Shown here piece after piece: positions 25,000 to 36,160 of a stretch of DNA of 64,000 nt. Origin of the DNA: Anthoceros angustus (lineage: Eukaryota > Plantae > Anthocerotophyta); assembly GCA_010909165.1 (NCBI GenBank), contig MU008209.1:394919-458918 (forward strand), written 5' to 3'. The notes beneath the pieces were generated by a model. It was not told the DNA's origin. It did no database searches and saw only the letters and a program-made list of their open reading frames with translations. Position numbers and translations under genes: made by a program. Position 1 is the stretch's first letter; each line of letters opens with the position of its first letter.

Positions 25000-26500
25000 C
25001 ACAGCAGTTTCCAGTGCGGTTACCTTACTAGCATTGGCCACAGTCTTCTGCTTAAACTTCTCCCGCTTTAATTTGCTCTTGAAACAGTCCCCGCAGATGT
25101 CCCCATTATAGTAGGAGACCCAATGGCAATCATGGATGCTGAAATTTCACCATCTCCACCCGCCTTTTGCACTCGACGCCAGAAACTGAAACAGATCGTC
25201 ACAACATGACCGTGACAAGATGTGTAATACAATGACTCCATCACGCATTTGCATGGAGACAATGTTCGGTGCTTCCACATCTGTTACACAACGGTGAAAA
25301 GTGAAAGCAGGTTCGCTTATCGGTTTAACCTGTGTAGGCTTTACCACTCCACTGCTGCCGACTCCCGTCGAGTTACTTTTGCTAGCGGCAAACATGTGCT
25401 GATAATGCGAGTACGCCTTCGAGTGTTTGTAAGCATGTCGAGAATGCTACCCTTTCGCCTCGCTCAAACACTGCTCAAGAGTGTATTGATCTCCGTACTT
25501 GTCAACAAGTGAAGTGAACAATTGGAAATGAAATAATGGCTCCGTCTCCAAAGCACTAAGAAACTTCGAGCACTGATCAATCAACATGCCAAGACTTCCT
25601 TAGCTTCAGAGACGACGGAAAAGCCATTTGAATTTTCCTTTCGTGTAAACGCAGACAACTATAATCTTCTCTGGGTCTTGAAAGGAAAAGCCTTCTCAAG
25701 AATGATAAAGAATTCCTCCACCGGATTAGCGTAAGCTGGAACCTCAATGTATTCTTCTATACCCGCCGTGGCCGCAGCACGCTCTTGGGAGGTCATACTG
25801 ATCACTCCTGGAGGTTTCACATTAGGTGACACAGTACTAGCAGCGATGGCGGCTTGATGAGCTGACACCGCTAATGCATGCAAATTATTATACGCCACCT
25901 GCAAGGCTTGCTGATAAGCAGGATTAGGAGTCACAGATGTAGCCAGCAATGCAGCTGCATGTGTCTCATATAGATCGAGAGCCTCATCTGCCATGTAACC
26001 AGGCAGCTGCTCAAACATGTAACGATCTGAAAAGCTATGCCATGCTTGAATTTCACACGGCTAGTAAGGAAGTTGAAATAGAGCTGAAATCACGAAAGTC
26101 TGCGTGCAGTCTACCAGAAAACTTATCCGATTTGGCTGGAAGAGAACCAAGACGCCATGATTTGAGTCACTCGAAGAACCGAGCTCGACCGCTAGTCGTG
26201 ATCTCACCAATGGTGACCAGCCAACCAGATACGGCCGTTGAAGATGTCTCTTCAGAACAAGCGCATCTCCCGCTTGCGGGTCTTCCACGGATGCTCACTC
26301 ACGTAATCGATGATTTTGCTCTTTTTGGAGGTGTGCGAGCCACATGCTTGAGCACCCTCCTTGAACGTAATTGGTGGTGCCTCACCACTCAGCTCATCCG
26401 GCGATCCGTCATGCATGTAAGAACAATGATCGAAACCGATTTCATCCAACAACTTGATTACCACATTCTGTTTCACGACATCGAATCCGGACCCTAACTC
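25000..26500 (-). pseudogene. Family C gag-like region with zinc knuckles
   Basis: MFEQLPGYMADEALDLYE, homologous to family A MFEQLSSYLADEALDLYE; Cys/His knuckles at about 25100-25300. Confidence 0.75.
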
Positions 26501-26628
26501 AAGGCTTTCTCAAGAACCGTAACAAGGTCCTCGCAGCTTGACATCAAGGTGATGACATATGCAACTAGGAACATAGCTCAAGAACCCTAGTTCTTTCTCA
26601 AGCACGACATCACACGCGCCGTCGGAGC

Positions 26629-26640
26629 AGTCTTGAGAGT
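26629..26640 (-). promoter_or_regulatory. Family C candidate self-priming primer binding site
   Basis: AGTCTTGAGAGT directly abuts A1 and is the exact reverse complement of 26828-26839. Confidence 0.7.
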
Positions 26641-27148
26641 AAAATGCCTCATTCAATCAGCCTATCACCGATCAAACGCGGTGAGTTTGAGAGTTCACAA
26701 TGTGAGCCAAACATAGTGCCGCAACCCAAAACCAAGTGTCGACTCGGACATCCGCATCGAAATTCCCAAGCAAGCTTCGGCATTCACTACATAGCGCCGG
26801 AGCTCGTCCTCCCTCCGGCTCAAAGAGACTCTCAAGACTATCCTAAGCCAAGCACGCTTGCCTCTTGTATCCCGCGCCTAGTCGCTGCCGCTCTCGTCCT
26901 CCTCCCTCCCGCCATGCATCGCCTTCCATCCTTTTCCATGATTGCGTTTCCGGTCTTGTCACTCTCACCAGCTCCCGCGAATCTCCTTGTTATGATCCAA
27001 AATCAACTGGTAATCACCACGACCTTCACGAAAACTAATGGCTAACAATACATGACATTTCTAGATGTCAAGATATTACCGATATCCTCTCTATGTACAT
27101 GGACTTGCCTCAACCAATGATCCCGACACCGTGATTCCAAAGATGACA
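26641..27148 (-). repeat. Family C repeat A1
   Basis: Matches 18880-19358 and starts TGTCATC on the minus strand. No B sequence on either side. Confidence 0.9.
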
Positions 27149-28700
27149 GCCCATGTCAGCTGGCACTCGATTTAATCAGCTCCCTATCGTGGTGGTGGCA
27201 CCAATCGCTCCAGCCCATTGGTCGCCTCCTCAAAGAATGCCCATCACGCCATTGATACTTGGCCGAATTCTTTCTTGCTCGTGCTCAATGGCTGATCCAA
27301 ATTGTCCTGTTTGGACAAATAGGAGAGTTTCGGAGTCTTCCTAGATGTCCTTGGACCTCCTGTCCCCAGCATATGTGCTCAATGCTAAGGACGCCCCATA
27401 TTGGATTGTCCCATACGGGATACCACCCAGCTTGTCAAAGCCACCATCGCAGCCACCGACACATGCTGCAGATCTCCATCATCTTGGTCCTGTCGGCTTC
27501 TGTAACATCTTCGCAACAGCACTGGGATTCCGAGAGAGAGTGTCCGCTTTGGTGTGTGACTCGCTGGTGCACCACTTGAAATTCATAGTCCTGCAAGATC
27601 ATGGCCCACCTTGCAAGCTTCCCACTCAACTTGGTGTTGGTCATCAGCCATTTGAGGGGCTGATGGTCGTGACCAGCGTGAAGGGCTTGCCATACTGTGT
27701 AGGCCTAAATGACAAACCGCCCATACAGCCGCTAGACACTCCCTTGGTAGCTACTGTAGTTAGCTTCACGATTGTTGCTGCGTGAAGCATACGCAACCAC
27801 CCGCTCCTTTCCATCTTCATCTTGTTGGGCTAGCACAGCCCCTAGGCCCAAGATGCTCCAATCCGTATGTACCACAAACGGCTTGGAGAAGTCAGGTCTG
27901 GCCATGACAGGAGCTTCCGTCAAGCTCAGTTTCAGCGTGTCGAAAGCTTGCTGGGTCTTCTCTGTCCAGGCCCAAACAACATCCTTCCGCAGCAAGTCAT
28001 TCAGCGGCTTGGCAATTCGGCTGAAGTCCCGAATGTATACTCGGTAATAGTTGCATAGGCCGAGGAAAGCTCGCAGGGCAGAGAGGTTTGTGGGCTCTCG
28101 CACCTGCAAGATGGCCTGTACCTTGGCAGCATGAGGCATCGCGGCACAACCCTATGACCAAGGTATGCCACGGTGTCCATGCCAAATTCACACTTGGCGG
28201 GTGACATGTCAATCTTCGCAATCTCTTGAACAGATCTTCCAGGTGCACCAAATGAGACTCAAAGTCCTCTGTGGACCAGGACATCATCAATGTAGCACAT
28301 GAGGTTCGAACGCAAGTACTATGTCCATTACGCTGGAAAGTCACCGGCGTTCTTGAAGCCAAAGGGCATCACCAGCCATTCCACAGCTGCTGAGAGCCGT
28401 GGAAGGCTGTCTTCTTGATGTCCTCTTCAGCAACAGGCACTGGTTGAAGCCTTGACGCAAATCCAAAATCGAGAAGTAGGTAGACTTGCCAATGTTGTCG
28501 AAGATCTCCTCCGTTGGCATGGGGTACCGATCTGGCTGTCACCGAGTTGATAGGACGGTAGTCTCCGCACATCCTCTTCTCTGTCCACATCCGTTGTGTC
28601 CTTCTTGGGAGGCATCACCGTGGCAGATAGTCGGAGCTAGAGGGACGAATGAGCCCGGCTTCAAGCAACTCTTGACAGTGCATCCACCATGTCCCACTCT
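27149..28700 (-). pseudogene. Family A RT, RNase H and start of integrase
   Basis: RMCGDYRPINSVT, YIDD, LRAFLGLCNYYR, VHTDWSILGLGAVLAQ...VVAYASR. Confidence 0.9.
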
Positions 28701-29139
28701 GAGCCGTAGCGCCTCAGATAGGCTCCTTGCTGGTCGATTGATGCGGAAGGTGGTCACATTGCATCGCTTCACCCCGCATGGAGAAGGCAAACAGCTGGTA
28801 TTGGAGCAAGGGCATGTATCTGCTGCCCTTGTGAGTTGGGGCCCCATGACCCAATCGAAAGTCTCAGACATAAGGCTTGGGTGCTGTGAATTGGGAGTCC
28901 CTACTAATCTCCATAGGATCCCCATACTGGACGGTCCCATACTCGGAGCATTGCCATGTCCACGAGCTTGATGCTGAGAATGCAGGGATGGCCATGCCAC
29001 CTCCCCCCGCATCAAGCCAATATGACCGTGGTGTATCCGGGAAGGGCAAATGGATGTGCACAAGAAGATGTGGGAAAAGGACCTCGGTGGGAGCTCCGGG
29101 AATGCCAACAGCTGAAAGGCCAGACATATGCTGATGAGC

Positions 29140-30150
29140 CAAGTGAGTGACAGATCCATAGCGCCCAAGGCGGCATGACCTGGTAACTTGGGAGGCAGCG
29201 GCATGGGTGTGGAAACCCATGACGCTCCGCTCCTCCACATTGGGCTCCTCCCACCGGTGGGTGTTGCTGTTGAACAGCGAGCTTGTCCCCTGTAGGCATA
29301 GGAGCCGTGAAAGCTCACTAGGGTGGGAAGGGTCCGCTGCCCCGGTGGGAGCTCAAGGTGCACGCTGCCACTGTCTGGGATGCCAAGGGTCCAACACATT
29401 GGAGAGCTTGAGAGTGGGGTCCCGAGTAGTGCGGGTGACCACCAACTCTAGCAAAGGTTGAGGCGTTGGTCCAATAGTGCAGGCGATGAGCAAACCGCCA
29501 ACTGGACTCCATGAGCAAGGGCGTGCCCACATGCTGGATGATGGCCATGTCTTGGCGAACTTGCAAGTGTCCCGCGGTGTTCTCCAGCAAGCGCAGTGGG
29601 CTGGTGAACATCCACCAAGATGCGTGAAGGTCCCAAAACAAGGCGGTTCGTGGATCTTGTAATCCTCCCCGTGGCGGCTTGAGAAAATCCGGCATTCCCA
29701 TCCGCAATCAAGTGGATGGGGCCAATGTGGCGGGCCCAATATGGATGTCTTGGGGCTGAGGGTGCAGATAGCTGGCAAGTAGTGAAGGGAATGCACTCCA
29801 AGCAGCGTGCAGCTTGGGACAATGGTCCAATAAATGTAACGTGACCAAGATGCCATTGAGGGGTCCCCAGTGAGTGTCCCGACTGCTCGTCCCATGTCTT
29901 GACCCACCACGTCTGTTCTCCATGTGCCCAGTGAAGGCTCGCTGCGAATGTGGCGGGGCGCGCTTGTGATGCTGATGATGTCTTGGGCCTGCCGGCGGGC
30001 CCCATGGTAGAGAATGGCGTGGAATAGTGAAGAATCGCAGCCGGTGCCATAGAATGCATTGCGCCTTGGGACATGTTCACGACCAAGATGCCATTCAGCA
30101 AAAGAGCCTCAGCTACCAGCAGTGCAAATGCCCCAAATGCAAAGTAATGC
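29140..30150 (-). pseudogene. Family A DNMT3-like C5 cytosine methyltransferase domain
   Basis: FG.ICT..EALLLNGILV (about 30080-30145); IA.WEC..FSQA..GGLQDPRTALFWDL (about 29640-29710); LLENT; AHRL..WTN; VMGFHTH; AALGAMDL. Confidence 0.8.
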
Positions 30151-30376
30151 GTGGCACACGATGATCTTGGCTCACCGTGGTGGAGGATGCCTGTCCGCCC
30201 AAGGGGGAGTGCTGAAGCTGCAGAGCTTGCTGCACTCGTGGAAGAGCTTGCTGAACCAGGTCGGACACTTTGAATGATGGTGGAGTGTCTCCTAGGCAGG
30301 CTGCTGTGACCAAATGGTCGGCCTCGTGATCTGGATCCAAGTCGGCAAGCTCCAGCATGTCACTCAAATGCTGGCC

Positions 30377-31573
30377 GTGGGAGCACCTCGGGGACAGCCT
30401 GAATGGTCGCCATAAGGACTGGAGTAGCTAGGACAGTGGCGACCTCGGTGTCCAATCCGCCATGCAGATTCAAGGGAAAGTGCGCCACTTGCTGACCTCC
30501 ACTACGCCAATCGGGGCGATAGTGAGCTTGCTCTGTCCAATTGTCCACGCTGATGCCGGGTGGAAACAAAAACTCCTGTCCGAGAAGGACATCGTAGTTA
30601 GCAGCTGTCGTGACAAGGCAATGAATGGCCAATGTCATGGCAGCGGCTATCCCGGGCTTGAGCGTGATGGCGCACACAGGTTCCACAGCGCCAGAGGCTG
30701 TCCTGATGTTCCAGGGTGAATGGCGGAGTGCCGTTCCCTGCAAGTTCAACCTGGCGGCGAGAGCCTTGCCAATGATCACGGGCTGTGCCCCCGTGTCCAA
30801 GAGCACAAGCTTGGGAGCATAGCCATTCACCGTGACATGGCCTTCCCTATTGTCCACCATGGCATTGCTCACTCGCACATTCATGCGATTGGTGGGCTGA
30901 ATGCGGGTGCTCCCGAGTACTCCGCGCTGGGACGCAGGCGCATCGCCTCCAAGTGGCTGGCCCTCCTCATGGCTGTGGGAGCACCTCGGGACAGCCTGAA
31001 TGGTCGCCATAAGGACTGGAGTAGCTAGGATGGGCGACCGTATCCAATCCGCCATGCATTCAAGGGAAAGTGCCACTCGACCTCCACTACGCCAATCGGG
31101 GCGATAGTGAGCTTGCTCTGTCCAATTGTCCACGCTGATGCCGGGTGGAAACAAAAACTCCTGTCCGAGAAGGACATCGTAGTTAGCAGCTGTCGTGACA
31201 AGGCAATGAATGGCCAATGTCATGGCAGCGACTGTCCCGGGCTTGAGCGTGATGGCGTGGTCAGCCTCCACACACAGGTTCCACAGCCAGAGGCTGTCCG
31301 ATGTTCCAGGGTGAATGGCGGAGTGCCGTTCCTCGCAAGTTCAACCGGCGGCGAGCCTTGCCAATGATCACGGGTGCCCCGTGTCCAAGAGCACAAGCTT
31401 GGGAGCATAGCCATTCACCGTGACATGGCCTTCCCTATTGTCCACCATGGCATTGCTCACTCGCACATTCATGCGATTGGTGGGCTGAATGCGGGGTGCT
31501 CCCGAGTACTCCGCGCGCGCTGGGACGCATAGGCGCGCATCTGCCCTCCAAGTGGCTGGCCCTCCTCATGGCT
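30377..31573 (-). pseudogene. Family A aspartic protease, present as two tandem copies of about 600 bp
   Basis: LLDTGAQPVIIG region at 30377-30974 and again at 30975-31573, with GTGGG at the junctions. Confidence 0.85.
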
Positions 31574-31669
31574 GTGGGTGGCCTGCCCTGTCACTCCCAC
31601 CATCGTAACATGGTCGATGGTGGTGGGCAATACCCAGCCTGAAACGTCAGGTAAGGCTGCCCATGTGGG

Positions 31670-32045
31670 ATCCACCGGCAGTCCCGGCTGTCCCGAGTAT
31701 GGGACTGCGGAGGCCCGGTGATGGGCTTCTCCTCGCAGTCCTTGGCATGGAGCTGAAGGTGCCTGGCATTGGGACTCGCCTGTCAGTCCCAGGTGTGGGA
31801 CTGTTGAGAGCCAAGGCTGAGATTCCCCCGGCAGTCCCGAGTATGGGACTGCGGAGTCTCGGTGTTGAGCCTCCACCGGCTGTCCCGAGTATGGGACTGG
31901 AGAATCCCAATGCTGGGGCCCTCCTGGCAGTTCTGAACATGGAGCTGTGGTGTGCCGCTGTTGAGGTGTCCCCAGCAGTCCCATGTATGGGACTGGAGTG
32001 TCCCGGCGCTGGGACTCTCCCGGCAGTCCCGAGTATGGGATAGCC
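31670..32045 (-). repeat. About 33-bp coding tandem repeat in the gag-PR linker
   Basis: Recurring GTCCCGAGTATGGGACTG, translating as repeated VPYSGLPGE-like units. Confidence 0.75.
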
Positions 32046-32599
32046 GCGGAAGCTTCAGCTGTTGCCAAGCCCAGCACCTGCTGTAACTGAGCACGCCCAA
32101 CTCCCATGTCCTGGAGGGAGATCAAAGGAGTCTCCAACACCTTGCGCATGATCAAGGTCGGGGTGTACGCCGGTGGTAGATGCGCGCGCACATTCGGCGG
32201 TGTCCCATGACTTGAATGTGGAGGCTGCTCTCTCGGCGCTCCATCCAGGTGATCCTGTCCCCGAACAGGGATGGCCACGCCAGGCGGCAGTGGCGCAAAG
32301 GATCTAGGCATAGTAGCCCTCGCCCTCTGTTGCCGAGTAAGGGGATCAGCGTCCCTAGCTGCAACATCCAAATGTGCCTTCTTCAAGTCACATCCTACCC
32401 ATGTGGCGGGTAGGATCAATCGGCGTGGAATCCACAAGACAATGGATGACAGCCTCATGTGGCAGGCCGTAATCCTCCTCTCCTCCTCACGGGTGCCAAA
32501 ATGGCGCCCGCGGGCTTGGAGGTGGAGGTGCCGCCACCGGCAGCCTGGGCTCCTAGCTGAGTAAGTGCTGCCACCGCTGCCTCCAATGCGGCAATCTTG

Positions 32600-33910
32600 T
32601 CAGTTAGCCGCTCCTTGGCCTTGGCCCCATTCCGCGTGATCGGCCCTTCGACGCATTTGAACGCGGCCGCTGGGAGTCCCGCTGAAGGTGTGGACCGTCC
32701 TTGCCGATATCGCGCCCGGATGCTTTTGAAATGCATCAAATGGCCAGTCTTGTTGCAATGGGAACAATGCAAACCTTCCACAGAAGCTTGCACGCCGGAG
32801 CCAAATGATCCGGGCTGCCACAGCGATTGCATAGCACTGTGGAGGTGGCTGCGGCTGCTGACTTGATTGGCCTGGCCTGAATGGGCTTGGAAACCCCTGA
32901 TCCCACGCCTCCAGATGTGTTCCCCTTGCTGGAAAACATGCTTTGATAGTGCGTGAAGGCCTTGGAGTGTCGAGAAGCATACGCTGAAAACGCGATTTCC
33001 TTGCGCTCCGCTTCTTCATGGACTGTTCGGTGTAGCTGTCCCCATACTTGTCCACCAAAGAGGTGACAAGTTGAAAGTGGAACAATGGATCTCCCTCCAA
33101 CGCCATAAGAAACTTCTCGGCTGCCTCTTGGTCAACATCCCAGTGCCTTCTCGCAGCTTCTGGAGCCTGCGAAAGGTCATCTGGACAGTCTCACCCTTCT
33201 TGCGAGCGAAACTGGCCAGCTCAGCTATTTTCTCAGGAGTCTTGAGCGGAAACGCCTTCTCGAGGATGGCCATGAACTCCTCCACCGGATTGAGGTACTT
33301 GGGAGTTTGGATGAACTCCGGGACCCCAATCGTGGCTGCCACCCTCTCAGCAGCAGTCAGACTCACCACGGATGGTGGCTGAACGGTGGCTGCGACTGTC
33401 CCAGCAGCAATCTTAGCCTGGTGGGCACTCACAGCCGTGGCCAACTTGCCATTGTAGGCAAGCTGCAGCGCTCCTTGAAACTGGGGATTCACCGTGGAGA
33501 TGGTAGAAGACAAATCAGCTTGATGTGCCTCATACAGATCCAGCGCCTCGTCCGCCAAGTAGCTTGAAAGCTGTTCAAACATGTACTGGTGATTGTAAGC
33601 GCCGCCATGCTTGAACCTGACCCGGCTGATGATAGCGTTGAGGGACAGCCGAAAGTCTCGCAGCGATTGAGTGCCAGGCCTCCGGAAAATCTGTCCCGCC
33701 TGTACGAGGGTCCTCCACCTTCCATGGTGTCCGAATCCTCCGAAAGATCAGCTGATTCTCGATCTTGTCTATCAAATTGGGACAAGTTTGTCCCAATTGA
33801 TCTCCCGGCAAGGAGTCGGATGATTCTTTGCCGGTTGAGATCTGCAAAATGGAGACCAGCTGGTTGCTGTCCAAGGTGGCAGGTGGCGTGGCCTGCAAAC
33901 CGCTTGCCAA
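32600..33910 (-). pseudogene. Family A gag-like region with two CCHC knuckles
   Basis: ORFs 33575..33910 and 33016..33582; CNRCGSPDH...C and CSHCNKTGH. Confidence 0.8.
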
Positions 33911-34224
33911 CTCCTCCTGTGCTTGCTGGTGTTGAAAAGAACGCCTTCGCTGTACTCCGCCGGAGTGGTCCGCTGGATGTCCCGTGTCCTCAAGCGGTAA
34001 CGGGGACTGATCTCATGTCCCTCGGGGTGCATCACCCATGTGACTAACGCATAAGATCAGCAACACTCCCTTAAATGTGAAAGAACAACGAAATCCTCCA
34101 CTCACTCCACTCCTGTCGCCAAGCCCGGTGTGAGCGCGCCTCCTAGCAATTCTGGCAGCAAAATGGATTACCCCTACGCTTGGATCACTCCAGCAGCCCT
34201 GGTGTAGGGTAGGGATTGTCCTAA

Positions 34225-34520
34225 CAGTCCCAGCAATGGGACTGGACAGTCCACGAAGTGGGACTGTCCCAGCAGTCCCGGCGCTGGGTCGGGACTGTCC
34301 CTACAGTCCCAGCAATGGGACTGGACAGTCCACGAAGTGGGACTGTCCCAGCAGTCCCGGCGCTGGGTCGGGACTGTCCCTACAGTCCCAGCAATAGGAC
34401 TGGACAGCCCACGAGGTGGGACTGTCCCAGCAGTCCCAGCGCTGTGTAGGGACTGTCCCTTCAGTCCCAGCAATGGGGCTGGACAGCCCACAAAGTGGGA
34501 CTGTCCCAACAGTCCCGGCT
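34225..34520. repeat. 79-bp tandem array (about 4 units) in the family A leader
   Basis: Units start at 34225, 34304, 34383 and 34462, rich in GGGACTGTCCC near-palindromes. Confidence 0.9.
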
Positions 34521-35296
34521 CTCCTCCCAACAATCCTTGAAATGGGACTGTTCCCACAGCCCTTGGAATTAGGACTGTACAGTCCCTAAAATGGGACTGT
34601 CTAGGGGTCAGCACCCACGCCTCAGCCTCTGAGAAAGGTCAGCAACGACAAACGGCACTCACACATCCGAAATTGAAACGTGAGTGTCAAATAAACGTGA
34701 TCCTCCCCTTCCACTTTCTGACCGCGCTGAGCCGGACACCTTGATGGTGGGATCTGTTCTCCTCTCCAGCACGCTGTCACTGTAAGAAACCAGCAGAAGT
34801 GAAAGGGCCGCTCACCAAATCCCAAAATCCCCAAAATCAGAAATGTTGGCAAAGTTGCAATCCGCCTGCTCCTGATCTGGGAATCAAACCAAAGTATCAG
34901 ACCATGCTGTAGCCCGCCTGAAATGGAGATCTTGAGTGGCAAGGTCTGTCCTCCCTCTCCCACAAGCTCTGCTGCAAAGATCGAAAAGGGATGAGAAAAG
35001 CGCTCGCTAGATCTTGAATTCCCAGCTGTATTTGGGAAAGCCCATGGATCAGGCCTGGATCTGGCCTCCTCTCTAGCACGCCATCACTGTAAGGAGCCAG
35101 CAAAGGTGAAGGAATGCCCTGAAGACCTCGAAATCCCAGCTGAATCTGGGAACGCCCACGGGCTGAGCCTGGATTGGGCCACAGCTGAAGGTGTAATCGC
35201 CCAGCTGTGATCCAGGCTCCAAAATGGCGTCGCCCCAGCTAGAGGAGGCGCCTCAAATGTCGCCACTCCGCCTTGGAGTGTCGCCCTTGAAGATTG

Positions 35297-35308
35297 AGTC
35301 TTCGAAAT
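35297..35308 (-). promoter_or_regulatory. Family A candidate self-priming primer binding site
   Basis: AGTCTTCGAAAT directly abuts A1 and is the exact reverse complement of 35513-35524. Confidence 0.7.
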
Positions 35309-36160
35309 AAAGGGATCCGCTGCGCAATGGCAGGAATCACGAGATTTCTTGAAGATTTCTTGGCCAGCCCAGTTTGCGCTGGCTGGGAGCCTGTAAATCG
35401 AGCCTTGGCGCCTTGTAGGGAAGCACGCTGAGCAAAACACAGATCTAATCGATCTTGGATTTCGATTGCAAGGGTTCACAAAGTGCTTTCCTCCTAACCG
35501 CGCTCCTGCACGATTTCGAAGACTACCCTCTGTTCCTTGCCCCACGGTCCTCATTCCCGCGCTCGCCATCATCTCCACGCTCCGCCCAGCTCGATTCCCA
35601 GCTGATGTTTGCGCCATGATGCGAAAGCAACCCTCACGCTTGGTGGTGCTCCTCCCACGTTGATCAGGTGCCTTGTTTGGGTTTGGGTCCAGTTTGGTTT
35701 CACACCTAAACTAAGTGGCTTTTTCTAGCCTACCTAGTTATCCGTTCATAACGGATCTATTTCCTATAACTAGTATTTAAAGGAAATGAATCCTTGGACT
35801 ATGGGCCAATCAAAATAAAGGATATGTTTTCATGTCCTTGGTTAATGAAAATGCCTAACCAAACGTAGTATAAAAGCAAGCATACATCGAGTTCACATTC
35901 TTTGCATGCGTACCTTAGTTCTTGTGTCTTGACGTTGGGCTGGTGGCTGCGACAGTCCCGGCAGTCCCGGCTGTGGGACTGCCATGTCCCATGGCTGGGA
36001 CAGTCCCGGCTGTCCCGGGTGTGGGACTGCCACGTCCCATGGCTGGGACAGTCCCGGCTATCCCGGCTGTGGGACTACCATGTCCCATGGCTGGGACAGT
36101 CCCGGCTGTCCCGGCTGTGGGACTGCCATGTCCCATGTCTAGGACGGTCTTGGCAACCTC
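35309..36160 (-). repeat. Family A repeat A1
   Basis: Matches 15628-16405; no B sequence adjacent. Confidence 0.9.

Larger units (their letters stand above)
18011..27148 (-). mobile_element. Family C Ty3/gypsy-like element with DNMT domain, PHD finger and split direct repeats, inserted in the family A integrase
   Basis: A1 at 26641-27148; gag-PR-DNMT-RT-RH-INT-PHD; then B1-A2-B2-A3-B3. Family A integrase reads ...DMG | HFGVKRT across the two flanks. Confidence 0.88.
15249..36160 (-). mobile_element. Family A Ty3/gypsy-like element with DNMT domain, PHD finger and split direct repeats (about 11.8 kb without nested family C)
   Basis: Continuous order gag-PR-DNMT-RT-RH-INT-PHD on the minus strand, bounded by A1 at one end and B1-A2-B2 at the other. 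Confidence 0.85.

Noticed and set aside
26600-26640. tRNA primer binding site for families A and C
   Set aside because: No TGG-starting tRNA-complementary sequence follows A1 in either family.
34190-34610. CRISPR array
   Set aside because: Whole units repeat with no unique spacers, there are no cas genes, and the context is a eukaryotic retroelement.
15249-36160. DIRS-order (tyrosine recombinase) retrotransposon, suggested by the split repeats
   Set aside because: No recombinase R-H-R-Y motif set was recognised; both elements have protease and DDE integrase, and the unexplained gaps resolved as DNMT domains. A profile search is still needed to exclude it formally.
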